Source of the DNA: the human T2T-CHM13v2.0 reference genome, Homo sapiens
Length of the DNA: 64,000 bases
Assembly (NCBI RefSeq): GCF_009914755.1
Contig: NC_060926.1
Direction: 5' to 3' (one strand)
Positions 30,294-44,730 of the stretch are shown one piece after another. Below the pieces are notes generated by a model, which worked only from the letters and a program-made list of their open reading frames with translations, was not told the origin of the DNA and made no database searches. The translations under genes and the position numbers were made by a program. The first letter of the stretch is position 1. Each line of letters begins with the position of its first letter.

Positions 30294-31884
30294 ATTGGGA
30301 ATTGGGGATAGAGGAATGTTGATAGGATATACCTTTCAAAGACCCTCTCTCGTTTATGTCTCTCCTTTCCACTGCAGTACGCCAGGGGCATAGGTTAGAG
30401 AGTGTGCTATACAATGCCTGTAAAGCCAAATTTGAAAACAACTGAATTATAGCTCTAGTCAGATCAGTCCCACATCTTCTTACCAATTCAAGCCAGGTAT
30501 TTACTCAACTAAAAACTCTTGCTCAAGTCAATCTTACTATTTTCTCTAGTCCTCCCCCTGATGCTCTGACTTATCCTTTTTCTAAAATTCATGGCTCTCC
30601 TCCTCTATGAAGTTGACTAAGGCAATCGAAGTTTTAATGACCACGTTTTTCTGTCAAACCTATATTTGCCTGTGGGCAGTAAATCTGAAGCATGTGCTAC
30701 TTTGCATTGATATATGTAAAGAAGATAGATGATTGATGGATTGATTGATTGATAGACCCTATCTCTGCCTTTAATTCCCCACTGCTTTGAACATTGGCAC
30801 TGCATTTCTTAACTCTTTGTAAACAAAATATTCAAAATGGTGTCAGTATAAAATGTGTTTGTCAATTATGGTAATGTTATTTTATTTAAGATTAGGCCAG
30901 CAGCAGTAGCCACATTTTTCAAAATGGAAAATACAAGTAAAAAAGCATATTTAGACATAATATTCATCTATGTAAGAAATAGGTGGTGATAGCAGAGGAA
31001 CAGTTTGACGATCCTTAATGTGCATTATCAGGTGATCATAAAATGAAGTATCCAAGTAAATAAATTATATACAGTTGAAAGTAAAAGGAAAGCATGACAC
31101 AATCATCACATAATGTATGGTTAAAAAGGTTCCTTTTTATATTTCTCAAATTGGTACATGTGTTTAAATTATTAAGTAGTGCTGAAAAGGTGCTGCGAAC
31201 TAGGTAATCTTACAATCTGCCAGTGGCAGTGAAAGGTTATGGGTAAGACTCTTGGTAATGTGCACCTAGAGCCACACAAATATTTTGATTTCTGAAACCT
31301 GTAATTTTGTTTCTAAAAGCCTATGTAGTGAAAATAATCACAGATACAGACATATGTTTACATACAAAGATGATAGGATAGTATTATTTATATTAGTGAC
31401 AAAATGATTTAAATATCCATCAATAGATATTATAACTGGTAAATTATGGTATATATAGTTAATAAAATATTATAAGCCTAATAAATATTTAAGAGAATTT
31501 TAATGACTTGGGAACAAATTCATAATAAAGTGGTAAGTGATGAAGCTGAATAATAAGTATTCGTTCAGCGTGTTCATAACTATGTAAAATGGATAGAAAG
31601 AAAACAGGAAGAAAACAAATGAAAATATTAACTGTGATTGCCTTCACGCAATAGGGTCTTGTTACTTTATATTTTCTATACCTTTCATTTTTTGTATAGT
31701 AAGCATGCATTTACTTATACCAAGACTTTAAAAAAAATTAAATCACTGCTTATAAGACTAAAGGGGAAGGAAGATTTCATATTCTCCTTCACTATAGTCC
31801 CACTCTGCAAATGATCAAATTACAGAAGTAAAGGATCAGCCTAACAACTTGGCAAAGATGAACAAAGGACCTGAAGAAAGCTCT

Positions 31885-31903
31885 GCTCTGCCCCCTGCTG
31901 GGA
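31885..31903 (-). promoter_or_regulatory. CTCF core-like motif
   Basis: Minus strand TCCCAGCAGGGGGCAGAGC. Confidence 0.55.
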
Positions 31904-32019
31904 GGGAGTCCAACTCCAACCCATTGCTTCTTGGCCAAGCTGTACCAGCCGCTGGGTCAGAAACTATAGAGTCTTTCAAGCTAGCAAGGGGCTGGATTCT
32001 CTAGTTAATAATAATAACA

Positions 32020-32220
32020 GTAATTTTGGCTTTCTTTGTGATATTTGTGGTATTTGTCAGCTTTTCAACAGTTATAACTTGTTCATTATTTTTCTCATTC
32101 TAAAAAAAAAATATTCATTTCCATCCTCAATTTGGTATTGGTAGTTTTAAATTACTTTTTTAAAAAGGACCCTCCAAAGAGTGTAAGCACCAGGGCCCAC
32201 AAAACCTGAATCCATTCCAA
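32020..32220 (-). mobile_element. MER96B-like hAT element fragment
   Basis: TTTGTGGTATTTGTCAGCTTTT...GGGCCCACAAAACCTGAATCC. Confidence 0.6.
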
Positions 32221-32240
32221 CAATAGAAAGGAAGAAATTA

Positions 32241-32599
<359 letters not shown>

Positions 32600-33099
32600 T
32601 CACTTTTATTTACACAAATGTAACCTGTCAAGGATTCAAGGTTGTGACAGGCTTAAGGCAAAGTGTTGGCAGTCACATGTAAAAAGATGTCAAGATGTGT
32701 GCTGTTTTGCTGGTTGTGTATTGTACTGTAAAATGTTGGGAAACAAAAAGAAAAACAAGAATTTCAAGAATACTCTCTCCAACTGTCAGTGGGATCCAAG
32801 TGGTATCTGAGACAGGAATATGTAGGGCCTTGTAGACCATGGTATGATGTTTATTGATTCTTTTGCACATACTTGCAGGCTTTGCATTTATTGAACTATG
32901 TAATTCAATACCTTTTTAATCTTTTGGACTTTTTTCCCCCTGCGAAAAAGTCATCGCTGATGATATTCACATATGTGACAAATTAAAATGGAAGTGGTCA
33001 GAGCTAGACACAATTATTAGAGCAACAGCTGTAATTCTACCCATTTCTTTTCCACTCAAGTAAAAGTTACACTGAGTAATAATAATAAATAATGAGGCT

Positions 33100-36000
33100 C
33101 TTTTTCTCTAGTCGCTATGTGAGTATAATCCGTTGTTTTATTGTTTAATTTGAATTTGTCTCTCGTTGGCCAGAATTTTTTAACAATACTATAGTGATTT
33201 TAGGTAATCTATATCTTGTCCTAGTTTTAGTAGAGGGGATTGTTAAGAATAATGTGATAATTGTGTTTTAGAGAAACATTTTTATCACATTAGGGGTGGG
33301 TCTTTCAATTCTTAGATATCTAAGGACTATGTTTCCTCTTTTCTGAAACAAAGGCTGGAGACTTTGTTAGTGCCTTTGCTACATATTTCTAAACTGTTCT
33401 ATTCTTACTATCATATACTGTCATATCATATACACATATACTATTATATACATATCATATGCAACTACCACATCCTTCTGTCAACCAGGCTATGTGTTAA
33501 CCACGTTATGTCATTTAATACACTGGTTTTATGAATTAAATAGTATATACTTTTTTGTGGTCATTTCAAGACAGTTTTGGTTTTATAAGGAATATTTTAG
33601 TAAGTTTCCCTCATGAAAAACAAAGCTTTGTCAGTTAAGACTCAAGTCCTCACTTCATCCCAAATTTCTGTCTCAAATCCTTAAGTAGCTGTGGAAGCTT
33701 ATACGCCTTTTCTTTCTACGAACTTTTATATATTTACATATATGACCATATAACATATTTTTATCATTATGATTGCTTACATTTTATATAAATCATATCA
33801 TGTATATTTTATTAAAACAATTTTTGACTTAAACATATACTTTGGGTATCTTTTCTGAATAGTACATGTACACATTCTTTATTCTTTTTAATTGCTCCTA
33901 AGTTTTCTATAGCAATTATCACACCACAGTTTATTGAAGCATTTCCCAAATTAGGCTGCTTGAATATTTTACCATAATAAATGTTACTAAAAGATAACTT
34001 TTTTGTTCATGCTTTCCTGTGCACAGGATCTATAATCAATATTGAGAAATGGTTTTACTGAGTCATAGGATATATTTATTTTTAAAGTTATTAAAATCTT
34101 CCAAATTGCCTCCAAAACTTATACTACCAGCACCAATTGAGATTACCAATCTCCCCATATTCTTGCCAAAACTGATATGATGAGACTAAAACCTTTGCAA
34201 ATATGGTGGACTGAAAAATGATATCTGATTAATTTAATGATTGACATGATTCTGGTTACTACTAAGTTTCAGTCATATTTTCATTGACCCTTGCATTGTT
34301 GGGTTTGAATTGCTTATGCATACACTTTGCCCATTTTTAAATTGAAATATTTTTCCTTAATGAAATGTGTGAACACTGATAATTTGTCTGACATAGGTTT
34401 CAGATATTTTTTCAACTCTGTTCTCTAACTTTTTAGTATTCAGATGTTTTAAATATTGAATTACATAAATTTACATATTTTTATCCTTCCTGTATTGTAC
34501 TATTTTTATTTCTTTAGTTCTTCCCTTCCACAAAAGCCATGAGAATATTTTTCTTTGTATTCATTTAATATTTTCTTAAATAACAAATATCTTATTTAGA
34601 GTGCTCATGTAAATGTTATCTTTTTTAATATCTATTTCAGTTGTTCATATATCTAGAATTTATTCTTATGAAGGTATTAGATATAAAGCTAACTTAATTT
34701 TTCCAATAGACGATTTTCCTAACACAGTTTGTTGACTAATTGATCATTTCTATACTAATGATCTATACTATTGGCCATTTCTGTACTGTACATATAATGT
34801 TTACATTAAATTGTGTTATATTTATGAATTTCTGAGCTCCATATTATGTATTTTCTTACATTGCTACTTGTTTATGTATAAATCTAAATGCTGATAGCAC
34901 AACTTTAATTACTATACATTTGAAATATATATAGTTACAGGGTACAATAACCTTCCTGTTTCCTATGAACCCATGCAATTTACTCTCCCCACCAATTCTC
35001 CTAAAGTTTTTGGCTACACTTACAATCTAATTACTCCACGTATATTTTTACATTGATTTGTCAGATTACATAAAACAATCTTTTTGGTATGCTTTACTGA
35101 ATCCAGCTCACAGGCAGGACGTTGGTACAGGGAGAATGTAAGATGAACAAGGAACCCCTTGTCATGCTAGAAAATAAGAAGTGCTCAACAAACAAAAGGG
35201 TGGGAACATGTTAAAGGGACTTAGAAGCCAAACTGAAAGATGTCCCAATGGACAAAACAGGAAATATCTGAATAACAAAATAAATAAGGTGGTGCTGGAT
35301 TATAGCAGAAAGTATAAAATCAATGTATGTGAGCCCACATATATAGATAAATGATTGGATAAACAAACAATTAAATGTGAGGAGAAGAGAAAAAAAATCT
35401 TCTGTATAGGAGAACCCCCAATAGTAATAATAATACATGTAGACACTTTCACTTCCTGCAGATTAATTATATCATTCTTGAGAAAAATGTAGACTTTGTC
35501 ATTTCAGGCAATTCCCATAGTTGGACTCAAACTTTAAACTCTGTTCTTTGGAATCAGCTCAAATCTGAAATTCAGTTCTTTTATCATTAGATGAGCTGTT
35601 TGTATGTGTGCCTCAGGTTCCTCCAGAGACTGGGACAGAGTTTATACACAGGATTTTGGGCTTTCCTTCTGGCTGTCTCTTCTTCATGATCCTCCTTCCT
35701 CTCATTGCATTCTAACAACTATGGTTGTCTGAAACGTGTCCTTTGGCTCTTTAAGATCAGAAGGACATGATTGAGGATGTTTTTATTGAAGTTTTGGCCA
35801 CCCTGCATTGTGTCTGTGGCCTGTCCTCAGCTGAAAACTATACACACAGGTAACACTGAGCCATCCCCATTTCCAAGGGTCAACACCCCTCTATAATCTG
35901 CTTATATTTGCTAATTATCCACTGCCTTCAGGTAGCTTTCACTTCCTGATGTTGTACATCAAGAAGTTGTACAAGTTGGTCTTATTTATGGGAGAGTGAG

Positions 36001-36980
36001 TGATATCAGAAACAGACTCTAATGATATCTTTAAATAAACTTTTTTGCCTTAGAATAGTTTTAGATTTATAGAAAATTTGCAAAGAGAGCAGAGAGTTCC
36101 CATATACTCCCACCATTTTCTCCTATTATTAACTTCTCATATTACTGTGGTAGATTTATCACAACTAAGAAATCAACATTGTTACAGTACTATTCATAAG
36201 CTTCAGATTTTATGTATATTTCATTTATTGTTTGTCTAACATGCTTTTTTTTTAATTGTTCCAGGATTCAATCTAGGATTTCTCATTGCATTTAGTCATT
36301 ATGTCTCCTAAGTTAGCTCCAGTCTTTGACAGATTTTTTAGTTTTTTTCCTTGTTCTTTATTCTCTTTACAATTTTGAGGGTTACTGATCATGTATTTTG
36401 TAGCATGGCACCCGATGTGGGTTTTCTGTGATGCCTTTTCCATAGTTATAATGGGGTTGTGATTTTTAGGAAAAAAATAACTCAGAAGTAAAATGCCCTA
36501 CTGATCACATTATATTAGGGATATAAGCTATTGGCATGACTTATCACCAATGATGTTATCCTTTATTACCTGGCCAAGATAGTGCCTACCAGGTTTCTCC
36601 ATTATAAGGTTAAAGTTTTCCCTTTCATACCTTAGTCTTTGAAAGCAAGTCACTAAATACAGCCTGAACACAGGGAGGGAAGGGAGAATGGGAAATTTGG
36701 CTTCACTTGCAGGGGCAGAGAGGGAATATCTATATATCTACATAAACTTTTGAAATTTTTCTGTAAAGAAGATTTGACTCTTTTCTACATTGTTATCTTT
36801 TCAATAATTTATTTATATCATATGGACTCCTGTATATTTATTTCATACTTTAGGTTATAATTCAATACTATTTTGTTGCTTAAATTGTCAGACTTTGGCC
36901 ATGACATATCTTCTTCCAGCTTGATTCTTGTAGGTCTTTTTATTTTTATTTTTTCTGTTTGTTTTTTCAGCACTTCTTTA
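33100..36980. mobile_element. Patchwork of ancient L1M (ME/MC/MD-like) fragments
   Basis: T-rich degraded L1 antisense tracts (~33600-35100, ~36030-36980) and a sense L1MC-like piece (~35100-35460); boundaries approximate. Confidence 0.55.
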
Positions 36981-37012
36981 TTTTCTGACTATCTCATCTT
37001 TGAAATGGGATA

Positions 37013-37379
37013 TGTATTAGTCCATTTTCGTGCTGCTGATTAAGACATATCCAAGACTGGGCAATTTACAAAAGAAAGGGGCTTAATTGGACTCACAGTT
37101 CCACATGGCTGCGGAGGCCTCAGAATCACGGTGCAAGGCAAAGAGAAGCAAGTCATATCTTACACGGATGGCGGCAGTCAAAAAGAGAAATTGTGTAGAG
37201 AAACTCCCATTTTTAAAACCATTAGATTTCATGAGACCCATTCACTATCATGAGAATGGCACAGGAAAGACCCATACCCATGATTCAATCATCTCCCAAT
37301 CAGTATCTCCCACAATACGTGGGAATTATGGGAGCTACAAGACAAGATTTGGGTGAGGACACAGAGCCAAACTATATCA
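37013..37379 (-). mobile_element. THE1A/C-like MaLR solo LTR inserted in a MIR
   Basis: TGTATTAGTCCATTTTC...GAGCCAAACTATATCA; MIR-like CTCATCTTTGAAATGGGATA before, CTTAGCACATAGTAA after. Confidence 0.9.
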
Positions 37380-38123
37380 GATATTAAAAGTACCAAATCT
37401 ATTGATTGATTATAGAAATAAATGACTTAATACATATGAAGCATGAAGAGTCCTTAGCACATAGTAATCTCTCATTAATTATATTCATGCATTTCCTATT
37501 TCTTCAGAAGCTGTCCTTTTCTCAACCACATTTCTTTTCATCTTTTTGGTATTCTCTTGTTTTATAAAAAGATTATTTTCTGGCATCCTTTGAGGATACA
37601 AAAAGATTTCTATAATTTTTTCTTATATGTAAAGAATGTTTAGTTTAATGATAGTTTAAGGTAGACAGTATATAAAGCTGGAGACATCTTATAAATGCAA
37701 CACATTTTACCTTAAGGCATTTTTGCTCATCATCTCTTGAATATACTACATACAGTGCCTTGCATTTCTCTGTCTTGCATTGTTAGCCTCATATATCTTG
37801 AGGTACAGGGTCAAACTTAGAAGAGCATAATATATTTTGAAACTGCTAAGTCATAATTAGGTACAATAAAATTCATTAATACATGACTTAATATAACATT
37901 TAAAATCTAGATATACCTAGGTTTCTAAAACAGTTTCCCAGCATTGAATTCCCAGCATCCTCAGAACCCTACTAGCTTCACTAATTCACTAATGTTTTAA
38001 AGTCATTTAAAATTAGCTATTAATGACTGGCAATGGTAATAATACGGTATAGTGTTTAGTGTTGTAAGGATTAAATGAATTACTATATCTACAGCTCTCA
38101 ATCCCATGCCTGATAGGTAGTTG

Positions 38124-38779
38124 TCTTAGAATAGCTAGTTATGCAAATGTCAGGCAACCATCAGGTGACAGTCAGGTGGTTGTTAAACTGTCTCTCTAAA
38201 ATAACGATTTGTTGCAGCCATGCCAAGGAAATGGGCTCCCAATAGATAGAAAACACCTGAATCTGGTGATCAGCAGCTTCCCAATAAGATTTCAAGAGTT
38301 GGGTGAGTGGCCTCTAGCATGTGCACTAAGGGGCAAAATAACGGCATTTAACTGTATATGACCTTCCAACGCTTTAATGTTAAGGGAAAATGCCTCAAAT
38401 GAGCACGTGTACAACTTCAGTAAACACACTGTGCATGCAGCTCCTCCCAAGTGCTGGCAGGCCACTGCACATACGGACAGCCCACCCCAAGAGAAAACTC
38501 AGGGCAGAAGAGTCATAAACCCCAGAACTATGGCAATGTATAAAACCCCATGTCAAGGGTCATACAACAAATTTGGATCTCTTAAGTTGCCCACTTGGCC
38601 CTCTTCCAAGTGTACTTTACTTCCTTTCATTTCTGCTCTAAAACTTTTTAATAAACTTTCACTCCACTGTAAAACTTGCCTCGGTCTCTCACTCTGCCTT
38701 ATGGTAGGCACAAAATCTTTCCTTTCAAGTGGCAAGAAATGAGTTGCTGCAGACCCATACAGATTTGTATCTGCTAACA
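38124..38779 (+). mobile_element. MER50-like ERV1 solo LTR
   Basis: CCCAATAGATAGAAAACACCTGAA..TGGTGATCAGCAGCTTCCC; AATAAA near 38650; ends CTAACA; 4-bp TSD GTTG. Confidence 0.82.
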
Positions 38780-40083
38780 GTTGTTCTATATATATATAGG
38801 TTCTTCTTAAACTAAAAACTTCCTTCTCTTGCTTTTTGTCACATGATATTTTAATGATAAGTTAATATGAGAATTTTAATGAAAAATATATTTTTGGGAA
38901 TGAAAAAGATACTTTTTTTCTGAGGCCTTTATGTTATATAACATGGTGGTCAAGCCACTGTATTCAAGTGTTTGGTCAACAGACCACTGTAGTAACATTA
39001 ACATGAAGAACAATATTAGAAAATGTTTACATAAATCCTAATCTATGCCAGATACTTCATTACACATAGTATCTACCAAGCAGCACTTCAGGAAGTTATA
39101 ATGTTTGATATATTATTTCATCTTATTATGCAGATAAGGACATAATCTTGTCCCAGTAAAGCCCTCATTTTACAGAAAATATATTTTTTTAATGTTTGGT
39201 CTCTGTTGTACCACTAAGGTTCTAAAAGAAATGCTTCTATTAAAATGCAGAGTGTCTCCTTCCAATGTAATGATAACATCAGCAAATTTCAGAAGCATTG
39301 GGGCAGCTAAAGCTAGAGAATTGATTAACCCTCTTACAAAATGGCTCTAATTCAACTGATTAGATGTTGAACGGTTGTTAAAGTTCAGCTCCAGTGATTC
39401 ATTGCATTCTTCAGGAGCTCTACCTATCTCATTTAAAGTTACTAGAACTTAAAACGGTCCATATGAATACTTATAAACATGATATTTCTTTGTACTGGAA
39501 AATCTATTCATAATAATTCTAATATACATGCAGGGAGCTATTTGTTAGATTCAAAGCTTAGTAAGCAAAGCAGGGAGACCTGTGGTCTTTGCTAATTTAA
39601 TTTGTTGTCATTCGATGAAGCTGTTCTCATTGTCATTTATCATTAAACATCAGGACCTTGACCCATATGAAATTGTGACTTGAAAACCGAGAAAGAGTAC
39701 AGCACTCTGCATAGATGAAAAACTCCAGAGAAGACTTCAGTTTCCACACTAAAAATGTCTTTGGGTCGGTAGTCACTATGAGTTAAGAAAGTAGATGTAA
39801 GCTTCTCACTGCTTCTTTTTCTAGTTACATATTTTTCCTTGTCTACGGTGGGATGGGATCCATAAAAAATTAAAAAAAGATATGTATCCACATTTATATA
39901 TTTGAATAACAATTAGTTTAGTCATTGAAGGAAACAGGCATCAGTAATGGTGGTGTTGTCAGTAACACATCATAACAATAAGGTGTTTAAATGCAAGTTT
40001 CCTATGTGCCAGGGAATATGCTAATCCCTTTAGATATTTTTTATTTATTTAAATTTAAATGTACTCTCTGTAGTAGGTATTAC

Positions 40084-40487
40084 TTTCACTCGCGTCCTTG
40101 TGAAGAGACCACCAAACAGGCTTTGTGTGAGCAATAAAGCTGTTTATTTCACCTGGGTGCAGGCGGGCTGAGTCTGAAAAGAGAGTCAGTGAAGAGAGAC
40201 AGGGTGGGGCCGTTTTATAGGATTTGGGTAGGTAAAAGAAAAAGGGGGGTTGTTCTCTGGTGGGCAGGAGTGGGGGGTCCCAAGGTGCTCAGTAGGGGAG
40301 CTTTTGAGCCAGGATGAGCCAGGAGAAGGAATTTCACAAGATAATGCCATCAGTTAAAGCAGGAACAGGCCATTTTCACTTCTTTTGTGGTGGAATGTCA
40401 TCAGTTAAGGCAGGAACCGGCCATCTGGATGTGTAGGTGCAGGTCACAGGGGATATGATGGCTTAGCTTGGGCTCAGAGGCCTGATA
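40084..40487 (-). mobile_element. HERV-H 3' LTR (LTR7)
   Basis: Minus strand TATCAGGCCTCTGAGCCCAAGCTAAGCC...GCGAGTGAAA; AATAAA in R. Confidence 0.97.
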
Positions 40488-40899
40488 TTCCTGTCTTCTT
40501 ATATTAATAAGAAAAATAAAATGAAATAGTGGTAAAGTGTTGGGACGGTGAAAATTTTCTGGGGGTGGTATGGAGAGATAATGGGCGATGTTTCTCAGGG
40601 CTGCTTCGAGCGGGATTAGGGGCGGCGTGGGAACCTAGAGTGGGAGAGATTAAGCTGAAGGAAGATTTTGTGGTAAGGGGTGATATTGTGGGGTTGTTAG
40701 AAGAAACATTTGTCATGTAGAATTATTGGTGATGGCCTGAATATGGCTTTTATGGATTGAAAACTAAACGGAATAAGAGAAGGAGAAATACAGGTATTAA
40801 AGGATTAAGAATTGGGAGGACTTAGGACATCTAATTAGAGAGTGCTTAAAGAGGTTCAGCATAGCCTTGCCAGCAAAGATTATTTATTTGCTTTAAGAG

Positions 40900-43071
40900 T
40901 TAAGAGTGGCAGTTTGGGGATAGCACCAGGAGATACCAGCTGTGATGGCTTGGAGAAACAATGTAAACCGGCAATGTAAACAAGAGCAGGGCATGTATGA
41001 GTAGTTGAGAATGGTGAACAGGAGTATGACTAGACAGAAAATAGTAGGGATGACAAGTTTTTTGGGGCACAGTCTAAGTTGGTCTGGTGTCTGGGGTGAG
41101 ACTGGGGCCTAATAAGAGCATCTATACAGGAGCTCAAATGGGCTGTGCCCTGTAGCATTCTGAAGACAGGCCTGACTTCTGAGAAGGGAAAGTGGTAACA
41201 GTATTGTCCAGTCCTTTTTAAGTTGGTGGCTGAGCTTGGGGAGGTGTGTTTTTAAAAGACCTTTAGTCCGTTCTACTTTTCCTGAAGACGGAGGACCATA
41301 AGGGATATAAAGGTTTCACTGAATACTAAGAGCCTGAAAAACTGCTTGGCTGATTTGACTAATAAAGGCTGGTCTGTTAGCAGACTGTACAGAGGTGGGA
41401 AGGCTAAACTGAGGAATTGTGTCTGACAGAAGGGAAGAAATGACTGCGGTGGCCTTCTCAGACCCTATAGGAAAGGCCTCTACCTATCCAGTGAAAGTGT
41501 CTACCTAGACTAAGAGGTATTTTAGTTTTCTGACTCGGGGCATGTTGAGTAAAGCTAATTTGCCAGTCCTGGGCGGGGGCAAATCCCTGAGCTTGATGTG
41601 TAGGGAAGGGAAGGGGCCTGAATAATCCCTGAGGAGTAGTAGAATAGCAATTGGAACACTGAGAAGTTATTTCCTTGAGGATAGATCTCCACGATGGAAA
41701 GGAAATGAGAGGTTTTAAGAGGCGGGCTAGTGGCTTGTACTATAGCATAGCCTGCCTTTGCTGGTGTGTGGCGATTAGGCCTGGTGGAACTGCCATCAAT
41801 AAACTAAGTGTGATCAGGGTGAGGAACAGGAAAGAAGAAAATATGGGGAAATGGGGTGAACATCAGGTAGATCAGAGAGATGCAGTCATGAGGGTCAGGT
41901 GTGGTATCCGGAATAATGTGGGAGGCCGGATTGAAATCTGGGCCAGGAACAATGGTAATTGTGGGAGACTCAACAAAGAGTGAGTACAGCTGAAGGAGCC
42001 AGGGATCAGAAAGTATATGCGTCAGGTGTGAGGAAGAAAATAGATTTTGGAAGTTATGAGAAATGTAGAGAGTGAGCTGAGCATAGTTTGTGATTTTTAG
42101 GGCCTCTAAAAGTATTAAGGCGGCAGCAGCTGCTACACGGAGACATGATGGCCAGCCTAAAACAGTAAGATCAAGTTGTTTGGACAAAGGCTACAGGATG
42201 TGATCCTGGTCCTTGTGTAAGAATTCTGACTGCATAGCCCTGCACTTCGGCTGTGTGTAATGAAAAGGGTTGGGATGAGTCAGGGAGAGCTAGGATGGAT
42301 GCAGTCTCTAAAGCTGTTTTCAAGGAACGGAAAGAGGAGTGGGGAAAGGATTTAGGATCTATGGGGTCAGCTAGGTTTCCTTTTGTGAGTTTATATAATG
42401 GTTTTGTTAGGATGGCAAAACCAGGTATCCAAAGGCGAAAGTATCCAACCATGCCCAGGAAGGAAAGGACTTGTTGTTTTGTAGAAGGGATTGAGGTTTG
42501 GGAGATTAGTGGGACACGATTAGCAGGGAGAGCACATGTGTTTTTACAAGAATTATGCCGAGATAGGTAACAGATGAGGAATAAATTTGGGCTTGACTGA
42601 AGTAATGGGGGCTGTCTGTGAAGCTTTGTGCAGTACAGCCCAGGTAATTTGTGAGCCTGATGGGAGTCAGGGTCAGTCCAAGTGAAAGCGAAGTAGAGGC
42701 TGGGATGAAGGGTGCAAAGGAATAGTAAAGAAAGCATGTTTGAGATCCAGAACAGAATAATGGATTGTGGAGGGAGGTATTGAGGATATGAGAGTTTATA
42801 GGTTTGGCACCACGGGGTGGATAGGCAAAACAATTTGGTTGATAAGGCGCAGATCCTGAACTAACCTGTAAGTCTTGTCTGGTTTTAGGACAGGTAAAAT
42901 GGGGAAATTGTAAGGAGAGTTTATAGGCTTTAAAAGGCCATGCTGTAACAGGCGAATGATAACAGACTTTAATCTTTTTAAAGTGTGCTGTGGGATGGGA
43001 TATTTGCATTGAGAGAGGTAAGGGTGATTAGGTTTTAATGAGATGGTAAGGGGTGCATGATCGGTCACCAA
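40900..43071 (-). pseudogene. pol: HERV-H pol remnant (RT, connection/RNase H, integrase), frameshifted and deleted
   Basis: SPYNFPILPVLKPDKTYRLVQDLRLIN, SFLGMVGYFRLWIPGFA, integrase APAQDW (~41570) and SSGKVE (~41280). Confidence 0.9.
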
Positions 43072-43089
43072 GGAGGGAGTAGAGGTATC

Positions 43090-43446
43090 TCATACTTGTG
43101 GGTTAAGGTGGGGGAATACAAGAGGAGGATGCAAAGGAGGCTTTGGATTGGGAAGAAGGGTGGCAGCGAGATGTGGCTGTAATCCAGGAATAGTCAGGGA
43201 AGCAGATAATTTAGTTAAAGTGGCTCGCCCTAATAAGGGAACTGGGCAGGTGGGGATAACTAAAAAGGAGTGCTTAAAAGAGTATTGTTTAAGTTGGCAC
43301 CAGAGTTGGGGAGTTTTAAGAGGTTTAGAAGCCTGGCCATCAATACCCACAACAGTTATGGAGGCAAGGGAAACAGGCCCTTGAAAAGAAGGTAATGTGG
43401 AGTGGATAGCCTCTGTATTGATTAGGGGGACGGACTTACCCTCCAC
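43090..43446 (-). pseudogene. pro: HERV-H protease remnant
   Basis: LINTEAIHSTL (degenerate DTGA active site), FLVIPTCPVPLLGR. Confidence 0.85.
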
Positions 43447-43526
43447 TGTGAGAGTTACCTAAAGCTCAGCGTCTGTGATGGTCTACGGGGCTTCCGAGGA
43501 GATCGGGCAGCGTCAGTCTTCAGCCG

Positions 43527-44730
43527 CTAAGCCGAGAAGATCTGGGAAGGAGTCAGAGAGCCTCCGGCCAGAGTTCCAGCGGCTCTGGGAGTGGCTGCTA
43601 GGTGAGTTGAGCAGTTCGATTTCCAGTGGGGTCCCGCACAGATGAGACATGGCTTAAGAGGAATCCCGGGCTGCGGGCATTCCTTGGCCTGGTGGCCAGA
43701 CTTCTGGCACTTGTAGCAAGCTCCTGGGGGAGGTGTTTCTGGAGGAACGCCTGGCCGCTGTGGTTTAGGCGTTTGGAAGTTCTTGTGTGCTGGAGATGTG
43801 GCTGGGGTTTGTCTCATAGTGGAGGCAAGGAATTGCAACTCAGAAATATGTTGCTATTTGGCTGCCTCTATTATTGTACACCTTGAAGGCGAGGTTAATT
43901 AAGTCTTGTTGTGGGGTTTGAGGGCCGGAATTTAATTTTTGGAGTTTTATTTAATGTCGGGAGCAGATTGGGTAATAAAATGTATTTTGAGAATAAGATG
44001 GCCTTTTGACCTTTTAGGGTCTAGGGCTGTAAAGCGTCTCAGGGCTGCTGCCAAACGAGCCACGAACTGGGCTGGATTTTTATGTTTGATGAAAACGCTA
44101 TCTGATTTGGGATAAAGAGAAAGGAGCATTAACCTTGACTATGCCTTTAGCTCCAGCCACCTTTTTAAGAGTAAATTGCTGGGCAGGTGGGGGAGGGCTA
44201 GTCACGGAACGAAACTGTAAGCCGGACCGGGTGTGAGGAGGGGAGATGATAAAAGGATTACAGGATGAAGGAGCGGAGGCTGAGGAAGAATTGGGACTTA
44301 GCTCGGCCTGGCGAGGAGGGGAGAGGTCAGATAGGTCTGTAGAAAAGGAAGATTAGAAAGACTCAGAGATGCTTGGGGTTGGGACTGAGGGACAGGCGGG
44401 AAGGAAAGAAGGAAGATTTGGGAGGAGCTGCACTGGGAACAGAGACTAGGGAGGCACTGATGTGTAAAAGAATGCCTGGACATCCAGCACCTCACACCAT
44501 TTGCCCATTTTATGACAATAATTATTTAGATCTTGTAGGATGGAAAAATTGAAAGTGCCGTTTTCTGGCTATTTGGAACTGTTGTCGTGTTTGTATTGGG
44601 GTCAAGCGGCATTTCAGAAGAAAATAAGATGCTTAGATTTTAGGTCAGGTGAGAGTTGAAGAGGTTTTAAGTTCTTAAGAACACAGGCTAAGGGAGAAGA
44701 AGGAGGAATGGAAGCTGAAACCTTGCCCAT
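43527..44730 (-). pseudogene. gag: HERV-H gag remnant
   Basis: MGKVSASIPPSSPLACVLKNLKPL N-terminus; zinc knuckles CYKCQKSGHQAKEC and CLICAGPHWKSNC; broken frames. Confidence 0.88.

Noticed and set aside
40500-40900. Possible env gene
   Set aside because: Only a short remnant before the PPT; env is essentially deleted
42171-43838. Cluster of 90-220 aa ORFs
   Set aside because: Broken HERV-H gag/pro/pol frames; protease catalytic Asp lost and no intact RT YxDD visible
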